From contig JAKZUJ010000108.1 in the NCBI GenBank assembly GCA_047516685.1, forward strand, positions 14,787 to 78,786: a stretch of DNA of 64,000 nucleotides, in the 5' to 3' direction. Shown here piece after piece: positions 40,775 to 50,784 of the stretch. How positions within the stretch are numbered: the stretch's first letter is position 1; the number at the start of each line of letters is the position of its first letter. Source of the stretch: Chloroflexota bacterium. Lineage in GTDB: Bacteria; Chloroflexota; UBA11872. Under the pieces are notes generated by a model that was not told where the DNA came from, searched no databases, and worked only from the letters and a program-made list of their open reading frames with translations. Position numbers and translations under genes: made by a program.

Positions 40775-41164
40775 ATGACCGACCCGATCGCGGACATGCT
40801 GACGCGTCTTCGGAACGCCGTGGCGGCGCGTCATATCAAAGTCCGCATGCCACATTCCAAGACCAAGGCTCGGATCGCGGCGCTGCTGGTTGACGAAGGG
40901 TTCGTTGAGTCTGTTGAAACGGTCCACGAGGATCATCGGGTCTGGTTGGACGTGAACTTGCGCTATCCGAACGGCGAGGCCGCCTTCGTCGGCGCCAAGC
41001 GCGTGAGCCGGCCAGGTCTGCGAATCCACAGTCGGGCCCGCGAGATTCCGCGCGTCATGGGTGGAATCGGTACCGCCGTCATATCTACGTCGCAGGGAAT
41101 CATGACCGGTCGTGAAGCCGCCAAACGCCGCCTCGGCGGCGAAGTCCTGTGCTTCGTCTGGTAG
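40775..41164 (+). CDS. rpsH: 30S ribosomal protein S8
   Basis: MTDPIADMLTRLRNA. Confidence 0.95.
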   Translation: MTDPIADMLTRLRNAVAARHIKVRMPHSKTKARIAALLVDEGFVESVETVHEDHRVWLDVNLRYPNGEAAFVGAKRVSRPGLRIHSRAREIPRVMGGIGTAVISTSQGIMTGREAAKRRLGGEVLCFVW

Positions 41165-41168
41165 ATAA

Positions 41169-41717
41169 ATGTCTCGTATTGGCTTGACCCCCATTGATGT
41201 GCCGGACAGTGTCACTGTCAGCTTCGGCGCGGACAACGTCGCAACCGTCAAAGGCCCCAAGGGTGAGCTTGCCCAGGCGCTCCCGCGCGTGATCAGCTTC
41301 AGGCGCGAGGACGGGCGCCTGCTGGCTACTCGGTCCAACAATGAACACCGGGCGCGCGCCCTGCATGGGCTGGCCCGGCAGTTGGTGGCCAACATGATTC
41401 AGGGCGTCACCCAGGGGTACGAAAAGAGGCTCGAAATCCAAGGCACCGGCTACCGGGTGCAGTTGCAGGGCAGCACGCTGGACCTGCAGTTGGGTTTCAC
41501 GCACCCGCAGCGGCATCAGGCGCCCGACGGCATTGAGTTTGAGGTTCCCGACCCCACGCACATCGTGATTCGTGGAATCGACAAGCAGGCCGTGGGCCAG
41601 GTGGCGGCGGAACTGCGCGCCATCCGGCCAGCCGATCCATACAAGGGCCACGGTCTCCGATACCAGGGCGAAGTCGTGCGGCGCAAAGCCGGCAAGACTG
41701 CTGCACAGGTCGCCTAA
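41169..41717 (+). CDS. rplF: 50S ribosomal protein L6
   Basis: [17 protein letters not shown] ... two L6 repeats. Confidence 0.95.
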   Translation: MSRIGLTPIDVPDSVTVSFGADNVATVKGPKGELAQALPRVISFRREDGRLLATRSNNEHRARALHGLARQLVANMIQGVTQGYEKRLEIQGTGYRVQLQGSTLDLQLGFTHPQRHQAPDGIEFEVPDPTHIVIRGIDKQAVGQVAAELRAIRPADPYKGHGLRYQGEVVRRKAGKTAAQVA

Positions 41718-41719
41718 CA

Positions 41720-42073
41720 ATGGCAGCCATGACCCGACAAGAAGCGCGCAAACGGCGGCATCGCCGCATTCGTCACCGTGTGGTTGGGCGCTCCCAGCGA
41801 CCACGTCTGGCAGTGTTTCGCAGTCTGAAGCACACCTACGCGCAGGTCATCGACGACTCCGCTGGACACACCCTGGCGGCCGCCTCGTCGCGCGAATCCG
41901 AGACCAAGGGTGACACCAAAGTTGAACGCGCGGCCGACGTGGGGACGCGCCTGGCCCAGCGTGCCAAAGGTCTTGACATAACTGCGGTTGTCTTCGACCG
42001 CGGCGGACACCAATACCGCGGGCGCGTCAAGGCTCTGGCTGACGCGGTGCGCACGGGGGGAATCGCGCTATGA
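41720..42073 (+). CDS. rplR: 50S ribosomal protein L18
   Basis: [12 protein letters not shown] ... [19 protein letters not shown]. Confidence 0.9.
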   Translation: MAAMTRQEARKRRHRRIRHRVVGRSQRPRLAVFRSLKHTYAQVIDDSAGHTLAAASSRESETKGDTKVERAADVGTRLAQRAKGLDITAVVFDRGGHQYRGRVKALADAVRTGGIAL

Positions 42074-42615
42074 CGATTGACAGCGGGGCCCGATCGGGCC
42101 GTCCCGACGCGGCCCGCGACTCGGGCGATCTCCATCGGCTCGATGACCGAGTTGTCCGAATCAAGCGTGTGGCCAAGGTCGTCAAGGGTGGTCGCCGCTT
42201 TGGGTTCAACGCCATTGTGGTCGTTGGCGACCGGCGCGGCCGCGTAGGCGTAGGTGTTGGTCGGGCCAACGAAGTCGTGGCGGCCATTCGCAAGGGCCAG
42301 GAGCGAGCCCGCCGGTCCTTGATCGAGATTCCGCTCACCGAGGACGGCTCGATTCCGCATTACGTCGAACACAGCTTCCGCGCCTCCAAGGTTGTGCTGC
42401 GTCCCGCTGGGCCCGGCACGGGGGTCATCGCTGGCGGCTCAGTGCGCGCCGTGCTTGAACTCGCGGGTGTCCGAAACCTGCTCACCAAGATTATTGGCTC
42501 GACAAATGCCGTGAATGTGGTTCGCGCCACGGTGAACGGTCTGGCCAGTCTCCAGATTCCCGAAGAAGCAATTGCTCGCCGCAGGCCAGCAATGGTCGCA
42601 CCTTCCGATGACTGA
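42070..42615 (+). CDS. rpsE: 30S ribosomal protein S5
   Basis: [27 protein letters not shown]. Confidence 0.95.
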   Translation: MTIDSGARSGRPDAARDSGDLHRLDDRVVRIKRVAKVVKGGRRFGFNAIVVVGDRRGRVGVGVGRANEVVAAIRKGQERARRSLIEIPLTEDGSIPHYVEHSFRASKVVLRPAGPGTGVIAGGSVRAVLELAGVRNLLTKIIGSTNAVNVVRATVNGLASLQIPEEAIARRRPAMVAPSDD

Positions 42616-42808
42616 CCTACGTCTGCGCCAGACTCGAAGTACCATCGGCTCAAGGGACTCGCAGCGCGACACCCTGCGGGCCCTGGGTTTGGGATCGATT
42701 GGCCGGCGGTCGGCTCGGCCTGACACGCCCGATGTGCGTGCCATGATCAAGGTTGTGGAACACCTCATGGAGATCGAAGCCGAGGCATCGAACGGCGGTC
42801 AGTCATGA
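42608..42808 (+). CDS. rpmD: 50S ribosomal protein L30
   Basis: ORF-track 42572..42808. ATG 42608 gives [33 protein letters not shown], a 66-aa L30. Confidence 0.8.
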   Translation: MTDLRLRQTRSTIGSRDSQRDTLRALGLGSIGRRSARPDTPDVRAMIKVVEHLMEIEAEASNGGQS

Positions 42809-43251
42809 AACCGCACCAAATCACAGCGGCGGTGCCGCCGCGCAAGCGCCGCCGCAGGATTGCCCGTGGCGAAGGTTCAGGCAAAGGCAAGACTGCCGGT
42901 CGCGGCACCCTGGGCCAGGGTTCCCGCAGCGGTGGAATGGCCTATCCGGGATTCGAAGGCGGGCAAACGCGCTTGCTCATGCGTTTCCCGAGTCGCCGCG
43001 GCTTCACAAACCACCGCTTCAAGCGGGACTATCAGCCAGTCAATGTCGGTGCGCTGAACGTCTTTCCCGAGGGTACGGTGGTGGGCCCCGACGAACTCAA
43101 GGCCAAGGGCATTATTGAGCCTGGCCTGTTCAAGATTCTTGCGACGGGTGACCTTGAGCACGCCTTGACCGTGCGTGCACCGAAGTTTTCGACGGCAGCC
43201 AAGGCAAAGATCGAAAGCGCCGGTGGTTCTGTCGAGGAGTTGAGCGCGTGA
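42805..43251 (+). CDS. rplO: 50S ribosomal protein L15
   Basis: GRGTLGQGSRSGGMAYPGFEGGQ. Confidence 0.9.
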   Translation: MKPHQITAAVPPRKRRRRIARGEGSGKGKTAGRGTLGQGSRSGGMAYPGFEGGQTRLLMRFPSRRGFTNHRFKRDYQPVNVGALNVFPEGTVVGPDELKAKGIIEPGLFKILATGDLEHALTVRAPKFSTAAKAKIESAGGSVEELSA

Positions 43252-44528
43252 TCGAGACGGCCGTCGCTGCCTTTCAGCTTCCCGACGTTCGTCGCAAGAT
43301 CCTGTTCACCATCGGCCTCCTGGTCGTATTTCGGGCGGTAGCGCACATTCCGCTGCCGGGCGTGAACACTGAGCTTCTGGCAGATTTTTTCGCAGGTAAC
43401 CAGCTGCTGGGGTTCATGAACCTCCTGTCAGGTGGCGCGCTGGAAAACTTTTCCGTCGTTGCGTTGGGCGTCTATCCGTACGTCACGGCCAACATCGCGT
43501 CAACGGTGCTGGTGCCGTTGATTCCGCCCCTGCAGGAACTCTCGCGCGAAGGGGAATCGGGTCGGCGCAAGATCGCACAGTGGACGCGCTTGGCCACGAT
43601 CCCGTTCGCGATGCTGCAAGGGTTTGGCCAGATTCAAATCCTGAGATCGGCCCAGCAGGGATTGCTGTCGCCTACGTTGGGGCCTTTTGACATCGTGGTC
43701 ATGCTGATCGTGATGACGGCTGGGACGATGTTTCTGCTCTGGATCGGCGAATTGATCACCGAAAACGGCGTCGGTAACGGTGTCTCCATCATCATTTTTG
43801 CCGGAATCGTCGCCGGTGCGCCTGCTGCGCTGGGTCAGTCACTGTTTGCCGGCGAGAACATTGGGGGGTTCGTCTCCGTCGTGGTGATTGGGCTGATCAT
43901 GATCGCCGCAATCGTCTTCGTGCAGGAAGCCCAGCGCCGGATCCCGGTCCAGTACGCCAAGCGCATTCGGGGGACCCGTATGTACGGCGGTCAGAGCACG
44001 CACATTCCGCTCAAGGTCAATTCGGCTGGCATGATTCCACTGATCTTTGCGTTCTCGCTCATGCTGCTCCCAGCCACGGTGGCCAGCTACTTTGAGACGT
44101 CGGATGTCTCCTGGCTGGCAAACGCCGCCGGCGCGATCGCGGTCACCCTCAGCCCCAGCAATGGCATCTACTGGGTGTGTACGTTCCTGCTCGTCATCAT
44201 CTTCACGTACGTGTACACGCTGGTCGTCTTTCAGCAGCAGAATTTGGCGGAGAATCTGCAGAAGAACGGTGGGTTCATTCCGGGCATCCGCCCAGGTCGT
44301 CCGACGCAGCGCTATCTCACTGGAGTCGTCAACCGCATTACGCTGGCGGGCGCCGTATTCCTGGGAATTATTGCGGTGGTGCCGTTCGTGGCCCAGACGG
44401 TGACGGGCGCCGATGCGGTGGCGATCAGCAGCACTGGCATGCTCATCGTGGTGGGCGTGGTGCTTGACACCATGCGCCAGCTCGAATCCCAGCTGATGAT
44501 GCGCAACTACGAAGGGTTTATTCGGTAG
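43248..44528 (+). CDS. secY: preprotein translocase subunit SecY
   Basis: 10 TM helices. RKILFTIGLLVVFRAVAHIPLPGV. Plug and lateral-gate regions. Confidence 0.95.
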   Translation: MIETAVAAFQLPDVRRKILFTIGLLVVFRAVAHIPLPGVNTELLADFFAGNQLLGFMNLLSGGALENFSVVALGVYPYVTANIASTVLVPLIPPLQELSREGESGRRKIAQWTRLATIPFAMLQGFGQIQILRSAQQGLLSPTLGPFDIVVMLIVMTAGTMFLLWIGELITENGVGNGVSIIIFAGIVAGAPAALGQSLFAGENIGGFVSVVVIGLIMIAAIVFVQEAQRRIPVQYAKRIRGTRMYGGQSTHIPLKVNSAGMIPLIFAFSLMLLPATVASYFETSDVSWLANAAGAIAVTLSPSNGIYWVCTFLLVIIFTYVYTLVVFQQQNLAENLQKNGGFIPGIRPGRPTQRYLTGVVNRITLAGAVFLGIIAVVPFVAQTVTGADAVAISSTGMLIVVGVVLDTMRQLESQLMMRNYEGFIR

Positions 44529-44532
44529 GCGC

Positions 44533-45105
44533 ATGGGCGAACGTCCAGTGATCTTGGTTCTACTCGGACCGCCTGGCGCCGGGAAAGGCACGCAGGGCGA
44601 GCGCTTGGCCCGCCGCATCGCGCTTGATCATGTGTCAACGGGCGACCTGTTCCGTGACGCCGTCACCACCCGGTCCCCGGCGGGTCTGCGCGCCGAGTCT
44701 TACCTGCGCAGCGGTCAGCTCGTGCCCGACCAGGTCGTGCTGCAGGTGATCGAGGAGTACCTGGGAAACGCTCGGGACCGCGACACCTGCTTTGACGGAT
44801 TCCCTCGTACTCGCAACCAGGCCGAGAAGCTGGACGAGCTGCTCAAACAGTTCAACCTTTCGGTGACGGCCGTGGTTTATATCGACGTGCCCGATGATGT
44901 TGCCTTGGGGCGTCTGCTTGGCCGGGGTCGAGCGGACGACACCGAAGAGACGGCCCGCTATCGGCTGCAGGTCTACCATGAGGACACCGAGCCGTTGATC
45001 AACTATTACCGTGAGGCGGGCGTGCTCGTGCAGGTGGACGGCACCGGCGACGTTGAATCAGTCGCGGGCCGCCTCTGGATCACATTGAAAGCCGCAATTC
45101 GATGA
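44533..45105 (+). CDS. adk: adenylate kinase (short, lid without zinc knuckle)
   Basis: P-loop LLGPPGAGKGTQ. NMP-binding and lid regions. 190 aa. Confidence 0.9.
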   Translation: MGERPVILVLLGPPGAGKGTQGERLARRIALDHVSTGDLFRDAVTTRSPAGLRAESYLRSGQLVPDQVVLQVIEEYLGNARDRDTCFDGFPRTRNQAEKLDELLKQFNLSVTAVVYIDVPDDVALGRLLGRGRADDTEETARYRLQVYHEDTEPLINYYREAGVLVQVDGTGDVESVAGRLWITLKAAIR

Positions 45106-45884
45106 TGTCGGGTTCCATCAAACCCAAGACTCCAGGCCAGATCGAAGCCATGGCCGCCTCAGGGCGCGTGTTGGCGGGGGCGCTGGACGAGATTGAGGCC
45201 GCGGTTCAGCCAGGCGTCAGCACGGGAGAACTCGATGCCATTGCCAAGACCTACATTAGGGACCATGGCGGTATTCCCTCGTTCCTTGGGGTGCCCGCGG
45301 CGGATTCTGACATCAAGCCTTTTCCGGGTGCGATCTGCGCATCCATCAACGACGCGATCGTGCACGGGATTCCGGGTAGCGCAGTACTACATGAAGGCGA
45401 TATCATTGGGTTGGACTGTGGAGTGATTCTTGACGGTTGGCACTCCGACTCAGCGCGTACGCTCGCGGTTGGCGAGGTTGGCCCTGACGCGAGCCGCCTG
45501 CTTGATGTAACTCGCGCCGCACTCGCTGAAGCGATTCGCGCATCCGTCGCGGGTGGTCATGTCGGAGATATCGGAGCCGCTGTGCAGAAGCTGGTCGAGG
45601 AGGCCGGACTTACTATCGTGAGACGATTCGTCGGACACGGGATCGGGCGCACCATGCACGAGTCGCCGCAGGTGCCTAATTTCGGGCGGCCCGGCCGCGG
45701 ACCGGAATTGGTGCCAGGCACTACCCTCGCCATTGAACCGATGGTCAACACGGGGTCCGCTGGCGTAGTGTTCGACCCCGATGGCTGGACCGCTCGAACG
45801 GATGACGGCTCGCTCTCGGCCCATTTCGAGCACACTGTGGCAATTACCGACGCCCGACCACGCGTCCTCACGCAGGCAACCTGA
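45102..45884 (+). CDS. map: methionine aminopeptidase type I
   Basis: Metal ligands in DIIGLDCG ... HGIGR ... EPMV context. Confidence 0.9.
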   Translation: MMSGSIKPKTPGQIEAMAASGRVLAGALDEIEAAVQPGVSTGELDAIAKTYIRDHGGIPSFLGVPAADSDIKPFPGAICASINDAIVHGIPGSAVLHEGDIIGLDCGVILDGWHSDSARTLAVGEVGPDASRLLDVTRAALAEAIRASVAGGHVGDIGAAVQKLVEEAGLTIVRRFVGHGIGRTMHESPQVPNFGRPGRGPELVPGTTLAIEPMVNTGSAGVVFDPDGWTARTDDGSLSAHFEHTVAITDARPRVLTQAT

Positions 45885-45892
45885 ACTTCACA

Positions 45893-46237
45893 ATGCCCCC
45901 ACCCAGAAACCGAAAGAAGGATGCGTCGGCTCAGCCGGACGAATCCTCCAACAAAACGCCGGTCATCGAGATCGAAGGCGAGGTCGTTGACTCGCTGCCG
46001 AATACGATGTTCCTCGTCAAGCCAATTGGGCCGGACGGTGAGCCGCTGCGGATTCAAACCGGCGACGGGAGCGACGATGAGCCGAAAGCTATCCTTGCCC
46101 ACCTGGCCGGCAAGATGCGGTTGCGCTTCATTCGGGTTGGGGTAGGCGACCGCGTGCGGATGCAGCTCTCGCCCTATGACCTTTCACGCGGGCGAATCAC
46201 CTGGCGGCTGCGTACCGATCAGCGAGTGGAGCGGTAG
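45893..46237 (+). CDS. infA: translation initiation factor IF-1 with N-terminal extension and ~17-aa loop insertion
   Basis: S1-like core: LPNTMFLV ... [33 protein letters not shown]. 114 aa versus the usual ~72. Confidence 0.85.
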   Translation: MPPPRNRKKDASAQPDESSNKTPVIEIEGEVVDSLPNTMFLVKPIGPDGEPLRIQTGDGSDDEPKAILAHLAGKMRLRFIRVGVGDRVRMQLSPYDLSRGRITWRLRTDQRVER

Positions 46238-46242
46238 CGACG

Positions 46243-46356
46243 ATGCAAGTTTCAGCGTCCGTAAAACCGCGGTGCGACCGCTGTCGCGTGATTCGACGGC
46301 ATCGGCGCGTCATGGTCATTTGCTCGAACCCGAAGCACAAGCAGCGTCAAGGCTAA
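46243..46356 (+). CDS. rpmJ: 50S ribosomal protein L36
   Basis: Not in the ORF track (too short). Manual translation gives [37 protein letters not shown] (C-x2-C-x12-C-x4-H zinc ribbon). Confidence 0.85.
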   Translation: MQVSASVKPRCDRCRVIRRHRRVMVICSNPKHKQRQG

Positions 46357-46369
46357 GAACTGGAGACAC

Positions 46370-46750
46370 ATGGCTCGCATAGCTGGGGTTGATATACCAC
46401 GCCACAAACCTGTGATTATCGCGCTGACTCACATCTACGGGATTGGTCGCACCACCAGCGCCGATATCGTCCGTCAGGCCGACATCAATCCGCAGACCCG
46501 GGTCAGTGATCTGAGCGACGACGAACTGGGTCGCATCCGGGCCCTGATCGGGCGCGAGCGGGTCGAAGGCGACTTGCGTCGGGTGGTCCAAACCAGTATC
46601 GCGCGTCTCCGTGAAATCGGGTCCTACCGAGGGCTGCGTCACCGTGTCGGTCTCCCAACGCGTGGGCAACGTACGCGCACCAACGCCCGCTCGCGCAAGG
46701 GGCCGCGCCGCACCGTCGGCATTCGCAAGCGCGTAATTAAGCGAGGCTAA
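46370..46750 (+). CDS. rpsM: 30S ribosomal protein S13
   Basis: [13 protein letters not shown] ... IYGIG. Confidence 0.95.
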   Translation: MARIAGVDIPRHKPVIIALTHIYGIGRTTSADIVRQADINPQTRVSDLSDDELGRIRALIGRERVEGDLRRVVQTSIARLREIGSYRGLRHRVGLPTRGQRTRTNARSRKGPRRTVGIRKRVIKRG

Positions 46751-46754
46751 ACCA

Positions 46755-47144
46755 GTGGCTGAGCGTTCAAGCCGTTCCCGGCGGCGAAACCGGGCACCTG
46801 TTCCCAGAGGCGCTGCGCATATTCACGCCACATTCAATAACACCATCATCACCATTACCGACCCGATGGGCGACACCATCGCGTCGGCAAGCGGCGGGAC
46901 AATCGGTGCGCGTGGATCGCGCAAGAGCACGCCGTTTGCCGCCCAGCAGGCCGCCGAACAGGCCGCGCAGCGGGCAATGGACGCTGGGATGCGCGATATC
47001 AACGTATTCCTCAAGGGCCCCGGCTCGGGGCGCGATGCGGCAGTTCGCGCGCTTCAGTCCGTCGGACTAAATGTGTCCAGCATTTCGGACGTCACACCAA
47101 TCCCTCACAACGGTCCGCGGCCGCCCAAGCGCCGGCGCGTGTAG
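46755..47144 (+). CDS. rpsK: 30S ribosomal protein S11
   Basis: [18 protein letters not shown] ... [11 protein letters not shown]. Confidence 0.95.
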   Translation: MAERSSRSRRRNRAPVPRGAAHIHATFNNTIITITDPMGDTIASASGGTIGARGSRKSTPFAAQQAAEQAAQRAMDAGMRDINVFLKGPGSGRDAAVRALQSVGLNVSSISDVTPIPHNGPRPPKRRRV

Positions 47145-47174
47145 GCCGCAACCAGCTCAGGGAGACAAACTCGG

Positions 47175-47807
47175 ATGGCTCGTTATACCGGACCTGTGTG
47201 CCGCCTCTGTCGGCGCGAAGGCGAAAAGCTGTTTCTCAAAGGTGACCGCTGTCACACGCCCAAGTGCGCTATCGAGCGCCGCGGCGACCGCGGCGGACCA
47301 GGCGCTCGCGGCTTCAGCCGGCGGCGTCCGACTGAGTACGCCATTCAGTTGCGTGAGAAGCAGAAGGCTCGCCGGATCTTTGGCGTGCTTGAACGGCAGT
47401 TCCGCCGCCACTACCGGACGGCTGGTAAACAGGGCGGCCCGCGTGGCGAGCGGCTGCTCCAGTTGCTGGAGTTGCGTGCCGATAGCGTCGCCTACCGTAT
47501 GGGCTTCGGGCTCAGTCGGGCTCACGCCCGCCAGCTCATTCAGCACGGCCATATGGAGCTAAACAACCGTAAACACGACATCCCCTCGGCCATTCTGCGA
47601 GTGGGCGACAAGGTTCGCCTGCGCCAGAAGAGCCGCAATATCGACGCCATCAAGAACGCAATGGATCGAGCCGAATCGCTAGGTCGTCCGGCCTGGTTGT
47701 CGGTGGATCCTGAAGCGTTTGAGGGCACCATCAATGCGATCCCCGATCGCAACCAGATCGACGCGACACTCAACGAGCAACTGATCGTGGAGTTCTACTC
47801 GCGCTAG
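47175..47807 (+). CDS. rpsD: 30S ribosomal protein S4
   Basis: MARYTGPVCRLCRREGEKLFLKGDRCHTPKC (zinc ribbon). S4 RNA-binding domain. Confidence 0.95.
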   Translation: MARYTGPVCRLCRREGEKLFLKGDRCHTPKCAIERRGDRGGPGARGFSRRRPTEYAIQLREKQKARRIFGVLERQFRRHYRTAGKQGGPRGERLLQLLELRADSVAYRMGFGLSRAHARQLIQHGHMELNNRKHDIPSAILRVGDKVRLRQKSRNIDAIKNAMDRAESLGRPAWLSVDPEAFEGTINAIPDRNQIDATLNEQLIVEFYSR

Positions 47808-47857
47808 CCCATTTGTGCGGGAGTCCGGTCAACCGGACAGGAAGGTAAGGACCAGCG

Positions 47858-48835
47858 GTGTTTCTTGGACCCGTTGAATCAACTCAGGCCGAAGCCGAAA
47901 TCCAGCCGGCCGTGCATATGGTCGAGACTATCGACAACTATGCGCATTTCCAGATCGAGCCGCTGCGTCGCGGCTTTGCGCACACGTTAGGTAATCCGTT
48001 GCGTCGCGTCCTGCTCTCGGCCCTGCCGGGAACCGCGATGTCGACCGCTCGCGTGGACAGCGCCCTGCATGAGTTCAGCACACTGGACTTCATGCGCGAA
48101 GATCTGGTGGATTTCCTCCTCAACGTGAAGGGAGTCCGCCTCAGATCTCACGACTCCGAAGCGGCCATCTGTTACCTGGAAGTTGAAGGGCCCGCGGAAG
48201 TTTCCGCTGGCGATCTTGAAGTGCCGAGCGGGGTTGAGATTGTCAACCCCGAGCATCATCTCGCCTCGCTGACCGACACAGGGACTCTGCGGGCTGAATT
48301 TTCAGTCGAGACCGGCGCCGGATACGTGGGTAGCGAGACGCGCGGCGATCTCCCGATCGGCGTGATTCCGCTGGACATGGTCTTTAGTCCGGTTACCAAG
48401 GTTGAATACCACGTTGAGCCGGCGCGCGTTGGACGAGAATCTGAGTATGACCGTCTGGTTCTCAAGATTTGGACCGACGGCGCTGTCACTCCAGCTGACG
48501 CCTTGCGAGGCGCCGCTCAGCAGCTCATCGAGTCCTTCCAGCTCATTGCCGGCGTCGACGAAACAGTTGACGTGCTGTCGTCGGCGTACGTACCGCCAGT
48601 GCCCATCTCCGAAGGTGATCCACTGGAAGACCTGAAGCTCTCGAACCGCGCACTGAATAGCCTGAAGCGGCACGAACTCGAGACGGTGCAGGAACTCGTG
48701 CGAATGTCCGAGAACGACCTGTATGAACTGCGCGGCATGGGCGAGCGCCTCGTGAACGAGATTCGCGAAGCCCTGGCGCTGCGCGGGCTCGCGCTCGCGG
48801 ACAACGTGGCCGCGACGGAAGACGGCCAGGAGTAG
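47858..48835 (+). CDS. rpoA: DNA-directed RNA polymerase subunit alpha
   Basis: GTG 47858. (M)FLGP matches the conserved EFLKP start of alpha. IEPLRRGFAHTLGNPLRRVLLSALPG. C-terminal alphaCTD. Confidence 0.9.
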   Translation: MFLGPVESTQAEAEIQPAVHMVETIDNYAHFQIEPLRRGFAHTLGNPLRRVLLSALPGTAMSTARVDSALHEFSTLDFMREDLVDFLLNVKGVRLRSHDSEAAICYLEVEGPAEVSAGDLEVPSGVEIVNPEHHLASLTDTGTLRAEFSVETGAGYVGSETRGDLPIGVIPLDMVFSPVTKVEYHVEPARVGRESEYDRLVLKIWTDGAVTPADALRGAAQQLIESFQLIAGVDETVDVLSSAYVPPVPISEGDPLEDLKLSNRALNSLKRHELETVQELVRMSENDLYELRGMGERLVNEIREALALRGLALADNVAATEDGQE

Positions 48836-48840
48836 TTCGC

Positions 48841-49191
48841 ATGCGGCACCGTCGACGTGGGCGCCACCTTGGTCGCAATCCCACGCAGCGCCGTGCGCTG
48901 AAGCGCAGCCTGGTCCGATCGTTGATATTGCACAGCCACATCGAGACCACCGTGACCCGGGCCAAGGAGATCCGGCGGGATGTCGATCACTTGATCACGC
49001 TTGCCAAGCGTGGCGATCTACACGCCCGCCGCCAGGCGATTGCGCGCATTCCGGACCCCGAAACGATCGAGCGTCTCTTCGAGGACCTGGCCGATCAGTA
49101 CGCTGACCGCCCCGGTGGCTATACGCGGATTCGCCGCGTGGGTGTGCGACTCGGCGATGGCGCCCCTCTGGCCCGCATGGAGTTGGTGTGA
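48841..49191 (+). CDS. rplQ: 50S ribosomal protein L17
   Basis: MRHRRRGRHLGRNPTQRRALKRSL. Confidence 0.95.
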   Translation: MRHRRRGRHLGRNPTQRRALKRSLVRSLILHSHIETTVTRAKEIRRDVDHLITLAKRGDLHARRQAIARIPDPETIERLFEDLADQYADRPGGYTRIRRVGVRLGDGAPLARMELV

Positions 49192-49979
49192 GGGAAGCCC
49201 GCACCGTTCGCGCCACGGTCGAATACGACGGCGCGGCATTTCAGGGGTTTCAACGTCAGAGCAACGCCCCTACCGTGCAGAGCGCGCTGGAAGCTGCAAT
49301 TCAGGGCGCCACCGGTTGTGAGGCAACCGTTGCCGGGGCCGGACGAACTGACAGCGGCGTGCACGCGCAGGGTCAGGTAATTGCCTTTCGCACGTCCACT
49401 CGACTGGATGATGCGTCGCTGCTCAAGGCGCTCAACGCCCATCTCCCTGCCGACGTTGCAATCCGTGAACTGGCAACGGCAGCGCCTGAGTTTGACCCTC
49501 GGCGTGATGCGGTCGCGCGTGTCTATGAATACCGAATCGAGCAACGGCCCGTTCGGCCGGTCCTGGACAGAGGCCGCGCCTGGCACGTCGCTCAACCGCT
49601 CGACCTTGTGCGAATGCGCGACGCCGCTGTTCAACTGGTCGGCCGCCACGATTTCGACGCGTTCACGGCTGGCCCTCAGGCCAGCACGCAGCGCGAGGTC
49701 TACGCGCTTGAGGTTTGGCGCGAAGGCCCCACCATTTTCATCCGGATATCCGCCAATGCGTTTCTGTACCGTATGGTGCGGCGCATCGCGGACACGCTGG
49801 TTCGTGCCGGCCGGGGCGAGCTCTCGGCCGCCGACGTTGCGGCGCTCTTGCGTCCGGCTCCGCGCGCGAAGGTCCGAGGAACGGCCCCAGCACACGGGTT
49901 GACGCTGCTAAGGGTGGACTATTCGGGTCTCGAGCCTCAATACAATCGGCAATGTTTGCAACAGGCGGTGATGTCGTGA
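49188..49979 (+). CDS. truA: tRNA pseudouridine(38-40) synthase
   Basis: VEYDGAAFQGFQRQ ... RTDSGVHAQGQV (catalytic Asp). Usual position after rplQ. Confidence 0.85.
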   Translation: MREARTVRATVEYDGAAFQGFQRQSNAPTVQSALEAAIQGATGCEATVAGAGRTDSGVHAQGQVIAFRTSTRLDDASLLKALNAHLPADVAIRELATAAPEFDPRRDAVARVYEYRIEQRPVRPVLDRGRAWHVAQPLDLVRMRDAAVQLVGRHDFDAFTAGPQASTQREVYALEVWREGPTIFIRISANAFLYRMVRRIADTLVRAGRGELSAADVAALLRPAPRAKVRGTAPAHGLTLLRVDYSGLEPQYNRQCLQQAVMS

Positions 49980-50392
49980 GGGCACAGAGCAGTCGTCGGT
50001 GGATTGTGGTGGATGCCTCCGAGCAGACACTCGGACGATTGGCCACGCGGGTGGCCCATGTGCTGCGCGGCAAGGACAAACCGACCTACACTCCCAACGT
50101 TGACGACGGTGCGGGCGTCATCATCATCAACGCCGCGCACGTCAGGGTCACCGGGCGCAAGCGGGAGCAGAAGTTATACGCTCGACACAGCGGTTATCCC
50201 GGCGGCATCCGTATGACGCGGCTGGACGAAATGCTGGCCCGCCATCCCGACCGGGTTATTCGGTTCGCGGTTCGCGGCATGCTGCCTAAGAGCGCGCTCG
50301 GTCGCCGCGCCTTGAAGCGGCTGCGCGTTTACGATGGCCCCCAGCATCCCCACGAAGCCCAGCGGCCCCACACACTTGAGGTTGGCGCATGA
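49952..50392 (+). CDS. rplM: 50S ribosomal protein L13
   Basis: ORF-track 49715..50392 is an extension inside truA. ATG 49952 (or GTG 49976) precedes RRWIVVDASEQTLGRLATRVAHVLRGKDKP. Confidence 0.85.
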   Translation: MFATGGDVVRAQSSRRWIVVDASEQTLGRLATRVAHVLRGKDKPTYTPNVDDGAGVIIINAAHVRVTGRKREQKLYARHSGYPGGIRMTRLDEMLARHPDRVIRFAVRGMLPKSALGRRALKRLRVYDGPQHPHEAQRPHTLEVGA

Positions 50393-50784
50393 CGCATGAA
50401 GGCCACTACTACTATGGGTTGGGACGTCGGAAGGAAGCGATCGCGCAAGTTCGCGTCTACGCCGGTGTCGGACCGTTCGTTGTCAACGGCCGGCCGATCG
50501 AGGAGTTCCTTGCCGTTCCCGATCACCGCTTCCATGCGCTAGAGCCCCTGCGAATTCTGGAAGATATGTCGGTCGGCATTTCCGCCCGTGTCACAGGCGG
50601 CGGCACTCGAGGTCAGGCCGGGGCCATTCGGCTTGGCCTTGCACGAGCGCTCGTAGTCATGGATGCCGAGAATCGCCCTAAGCTCAAGCACGCCGGTATG
50701 CTGACCCGCGACCCGCGGGTCAAGGAACGCAAGAAGCCCGGTCTCGTCCGTGCGCGCAAGGCCAAGCAGTTCACCAAGCGCTAG
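50389..50784 (+). CDS. rpsI: 30S ribosomal protein S9
   Basis: YYYGLGRRKEAIAQVRV ... basic C-terminal KRKKPG...RKAKQFTKR. Confidence 0.95.
   Translation: MTHEGHYYYGLGRRKEAIAQVRVYAGVGPFVVNGRPIEEFLAVPDHRFHALEPLRILEDMSVGISARVTGGGTRGQAGAIRLGLARALVVMDAENRPKLKHAGMLTRDPRVKERKKPGLVRARKAKQFTKR

Noticed and set aside
46176-46382. 68-aa ORF-track entry overlapping the infA-rpsM spacer
   Set aside because: Out of frame with, and superseded by, the canonical L36 gene at 46243..46356.
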